This document shows positions 61,403 to 64,000 of a stretch of DNA of 64,000 bases, piece by piece. The notes beneath the pieces are model-generated. The model saw nothing but the letters and a program-made list of their open reading frames with translations. It made no database searches and was not told where the DNA came from. Position numbers and translations under genes: made by a program. The DNA comes from Candidatus Multivoradales bacterium (GTDB lineage Bacteria; Acidobacteriota; Thermoanaerobaculia; Multivoradales; Multivoraceae): contig CBDCWI010000002.1 in NCBI GenBank assembly GCA_965223325.1, positions 1,568,001-1,632,000 of the forward strand, given 5' to 3'. Numbering within the stretch: position 1 is the stretch's first letter; each line of letters starts with the position of its first letter.

Positions 61403-61423
61403 GGACGACCTCCCCGCTTCGGC

Positions 61424-62689
61424 TCAGGCGACCCGACGCATCACCAGGGTGCCGTTGGTTCCACCGAAACCGAACGAGTTGGTGAGGCCGACCTCGAGAT
61501 CTGTCTTGCGAGGCGTGTTTGGCACGAAGTCCAAATCACAGCCGTCACCCGGTTCGTCGAGGTTGATGGTCGCCGGCAGGAGCTGGTGATAGATCGCCAG
61601 GGCCAGAATGCCACCTTCGAGACCGCCGGCGGCGCCGAGCAGGTGACCGGTGGAAGACTTCGTCGACGACACCGCCAACGAATGGGCGTGCTCGCCGAAG
61701 ACATCGTGCAGGGCCTTGACCTCGGCAACATCGCCGAGTGGCGTTGAGGTGCCGTGAGCGTTGATGTAGCCGATCTCATGCGGCTCGACCGCTGCGTCGA
61801 GGAGCGCAGCCTGCATCGCACGGCGGGCTCCGTCACCCTCGGGGTGTGGTGCCGAGATGTGGAAGGCATCTCCACTCATTCCGTAGCCGATGATCTCGGC
61901 GTAGATTCGCGCCCCGCGGGCCAGGGCCTGCTCGTACTCTTCGAGCACCAGGATGCCGGCCCCTTCGCCGAGGACGAAACCGTCGCGATCTTTGTCGAAC
62001 GGACGCGAGGCCTTTTCGGGACTGTCGTTCCACCCCGTCGACATCGCGCGCATAGCGGAAAAGCCCGACATCGCCAGGGGCGCGATGGCGCCTTCGGTGC
62101 CTCCGGCAAAGGCGAGATCCGCGTAGCCGTGCTGAATCAATCGGAAGGCATCGCCGATGCCATGGAGGCCGGTCGTGCAAGCCGTCGTGGGACAGCTGTT
62201 GGGGCCGCGCGCACCGTGACGAATTGACACCTGACCGGCCGCCATGTTGGCGATCAGCCCGGGTATGAAGAACGGCGACACGCGGCTTGGACCCTTGTCG
62301 CGTAGCACGGTGTGCATGCGCTCGATGAGCGGTAGGCCACCAATGCCGCACCCTATGACGACGGCGAAACGATCGCGGTTGTCGTCGTTGACCGTCGTGC
62401 CCGAATCGGCCAGGGCGAGGTCGCTCGCCGCGATGGCGAACTGCACGAACTTGTCGGTCTTGCGCTCTTCTTTTCGATCAAGCCAGTTGCTGGGCTCGAA
62501 GTCAGACACCTCGCCGGCGATCTGACTGGCGTAGGGCTCGGGATCGATCTTGGTGAGGCGCCCGACCCCGCTCTTCGCCTCGACGAGGCCCTGCCAGGTC
62601 GCCTCGGTTCCGGTGCCGAGCGGCGACACCAGACCGATCCCGGTGACCGCAACTCGACGACGGAACGTGCGTGGATCAACAGTCGTCAT
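61424..62689 (-). CDS. fabF: Beta-ketoacyl-ACP synthase II
   Basis: RRVAVTGIG, TTACTTG, NAHGTSTPLGD, TGHLLGAAG, NSFGFGGTN. Confidence 0.97.
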   Translation of the reverse strand: MTTVDPRTFRRRVAVTGIGLVSPLGTGTEATWQGLVEAKSGVGRLTKIDPEPYASQIAGEVSDFEPSNWLDRKEERKTDKFVQFAIAASDLALADSGTTVNDDNRDRFAVVIGCGIGGLPLIERMHTVLRDKGPSRVSPFFIPGLIANMAAGQVSIRHGARGPNSCPTTACTTGLHGIGDAFRLIQHGYADLAFAGGTEGAIAPLAMSGFSAMRAMSTGWNDSPEKASRPFDKDRDGFVLGEGAGILVLEEYEQALARGARIYAEIIGYGMSGDAFHISAPHPEGDGARRAMQAALLDAAVEPHEIGYINAHGTSTPLGDVAEVKALHDVFGEHAHSLAVSSTKSSTGHLLGAAGGLEGGILALAIYHQLLPATINLDEPGDGCDLDFVPNTPRKTDLEVGLTNSFGFGGTNGTLVMRRVA

Positions 62690-62801
62690 ACCACTGTCCT
62701 CGCTAGCCTCACACCCGGCATGCTGCAGCCCGGCGCGAGAGCGGTCCCGTCACCGTTGGCTGCGTCCCTGGAACGCTTCGGCGGCCACCCGGCCGCGGTC
62801 T

Positions 62802-63035
62802 TCAGGAGGCGTGCGCCTCGATGTAGTTGGTGGCGTCCTGGACGCGACCGATCTTCTCGGCGTCTTCGTCCGGGATTTCGATACCGAACTCTTCTTCGAA
62901 CGCCATCACGAGCTCGACGATGTCGAGGGAATCGGCTCCGAGGTCATCGGTGAAGCTCGCCTCAGCGGTCACCTCGTCGGCATCCACACCGAGCTGATCC
63001 ACGATGATGGTCTTTACCTTGTCTGCAGTGGACAT
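62802..63035 (-). CDS. acpP: Acyl carrier protein
   Basis: [20 protein letters not shown]. Confidence 0.98.
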   Translation of the reverse strand: MSTADKVKTIIVDQLGVDADEVTAEASFTDDLGADSLDIVELVMAFEEEFGIEIPDEDAEKIGRVQDATNYIEAHAS

Positions 63036-63324
63036 CGTCTCTCCTTGCTTTCCGTCCGCCCCCTCGGGGACCGAATGTTGGACCGGGCCGATGTGGACCG
63101 TGGACCGCGGGGCGGAACTCTCTATTCGCCAAAAGTTGCCTTCGAGCGCACCGATTCTGTAACCGGACCCGAATCAACCACAAAAAGCGTTCTTTTGTTC
63201 CAGGTTTCTTTCGTCGGGGTCACGGGCGTGACCGCTCGAGGGTTTCGTGGACTTCATTCTGTCAGGGTTTCCGGCGGCTGTCATCGGCCGCCTAGAGACC
63301 GTTCCCGGGGGCTTTTTGCTCCCC

Positions 63325-64000
63325 TCAGCCGATGAACAGGCCACCGCTCACGTTGAGCACCTCGCCGGTGACATACGACGCCTCGTCGCTGGCCAGGTAC
63401 ACGATCGCCGGCGCGATGTCGTCCGGCGCCCCCAGTCGGCCGAGGGCGATCCCATCCTCGAGGCGCTCCTGCTGCGCCTGGTCGAGGCCCGCCGTCATGT
63501 CGGTCTCGACGTAGCCCGGCGCTACGACGTTGACGGTGATGCCCCGACTACCCAGCTCCTTGGCCAATGAACGCGCAAACCCCATCAAACCCGCTTTGGA
63601 TGCTGCGTAGTTTGCCTGGCCCGGGTTTCCCATCAGGCCGACCACCGAGGACACGATCACAATGCGACCGAAGCGCCGCTTCATCATGCCGCGCACGAGC
63701 TGGCGGGTGAGCAGAAACGTACCCGTGAGGTTGACCCGCAGAACGTCCTCCCACTGCTCGGGCTTCATCCGGGCGAGCACATTGTCGGCCGTCATGCCGG
63801 CGTTGTGGACGACGATGTCGGGCGCCTCGAAGGGCGCCGCGAGCGAACCGACTGCCTCCTCGATCGACTCGGCGGACCCGAGGTCCATGACCAGGGGTAG
63901 GGCCTCGCCACCGTCGGCACGCAGTTCTTCGGCCAGCCGCTCGAGGGGCTCGAGCGACCTGGCTGCCAACACCACCCGTGCACCCTGCGCCGCCAGACGA
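63325..64000 (-). CDS. fabG: 3-oxoacyl-ACP reductase (5' end outside the window)
   Basis: HNAG, GNPGQANYAASKAG, VAPGYVETDMT, YVTGEVLNVSGG. Confidence 0.95.
   Translation of the reverse strand, partial: RLAAQGARVVLAARSLEPLERLAEELRADGGEALPLVMDLGSAESIEEAVGSLAAPFEAPDIVVHNAGMTADNVLARMKPEQWEDVLRVNLTGTFLLTRQLVRGMMKRRFGRIVIVSSVVGLMGNPGQANYAASKAGLMGFARSLAKELGSRGITVNVVAPGYVETDMTAGLDQAQQERLEDGIALGRLGAPDDIAPAIVYLASDEASYVTGEVLNVSGGLFIG

Noticed and set aside
63200-63270. Hammerhead ribozyme (CTGAC..GAAA)
   Set aside because: Core reads CTGACAGA rather than CTGANGA, and stems I-III cannot be built

Overview
GC-rich bacterial chromosomal window, probably Acidobacteriota (Thermoanaerobaculia-like). The taxonomy is inferred from IFADGFE- and IPTL-type C-terminal motifs, paired CRTAC1/ASPIC proteins and large Ser/Thr kinases. 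Left (1.3-10.2 kb): a secreted alginate-lyase-like gene split in two by a ~7.7 kb decaying foreign insert. The insert carries a truncated tyrosine recombinase, a frameshifted Rhs/YD gene fused to a truncated serine resolvase, and an intact 3-gene cassette ending in a Cys-rich secreted peptide. Middle: an orphan dnaE2 with a direct-repeat promoter motif; a caspase/Sel1, autotransporter, OmpA and Ser/Thr kinase cluster; an ECF sigma, giant FecR and ABC operon. Right: a ~16 kb aroDE-hisZGDCBHA(F-IE)-trpEGDCFBA superoperon, SGNH/CRTAC1/TPR genes, and fabG-acpP-fabF. Best finding: a 34-aa leader ORF missing from the ORF track (54572-54676, minus strand, ...YSGWWHVHTEG). It sits between a TTGACA-N17-TGTAAT promoter and a terminator-like hairpin that also covers the aroDE RBS, making it a candidate dual Trp+His-sensing attenuator for the merged his/trp operon. 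All product calls come from reading motifs by eye; no database searches were run.
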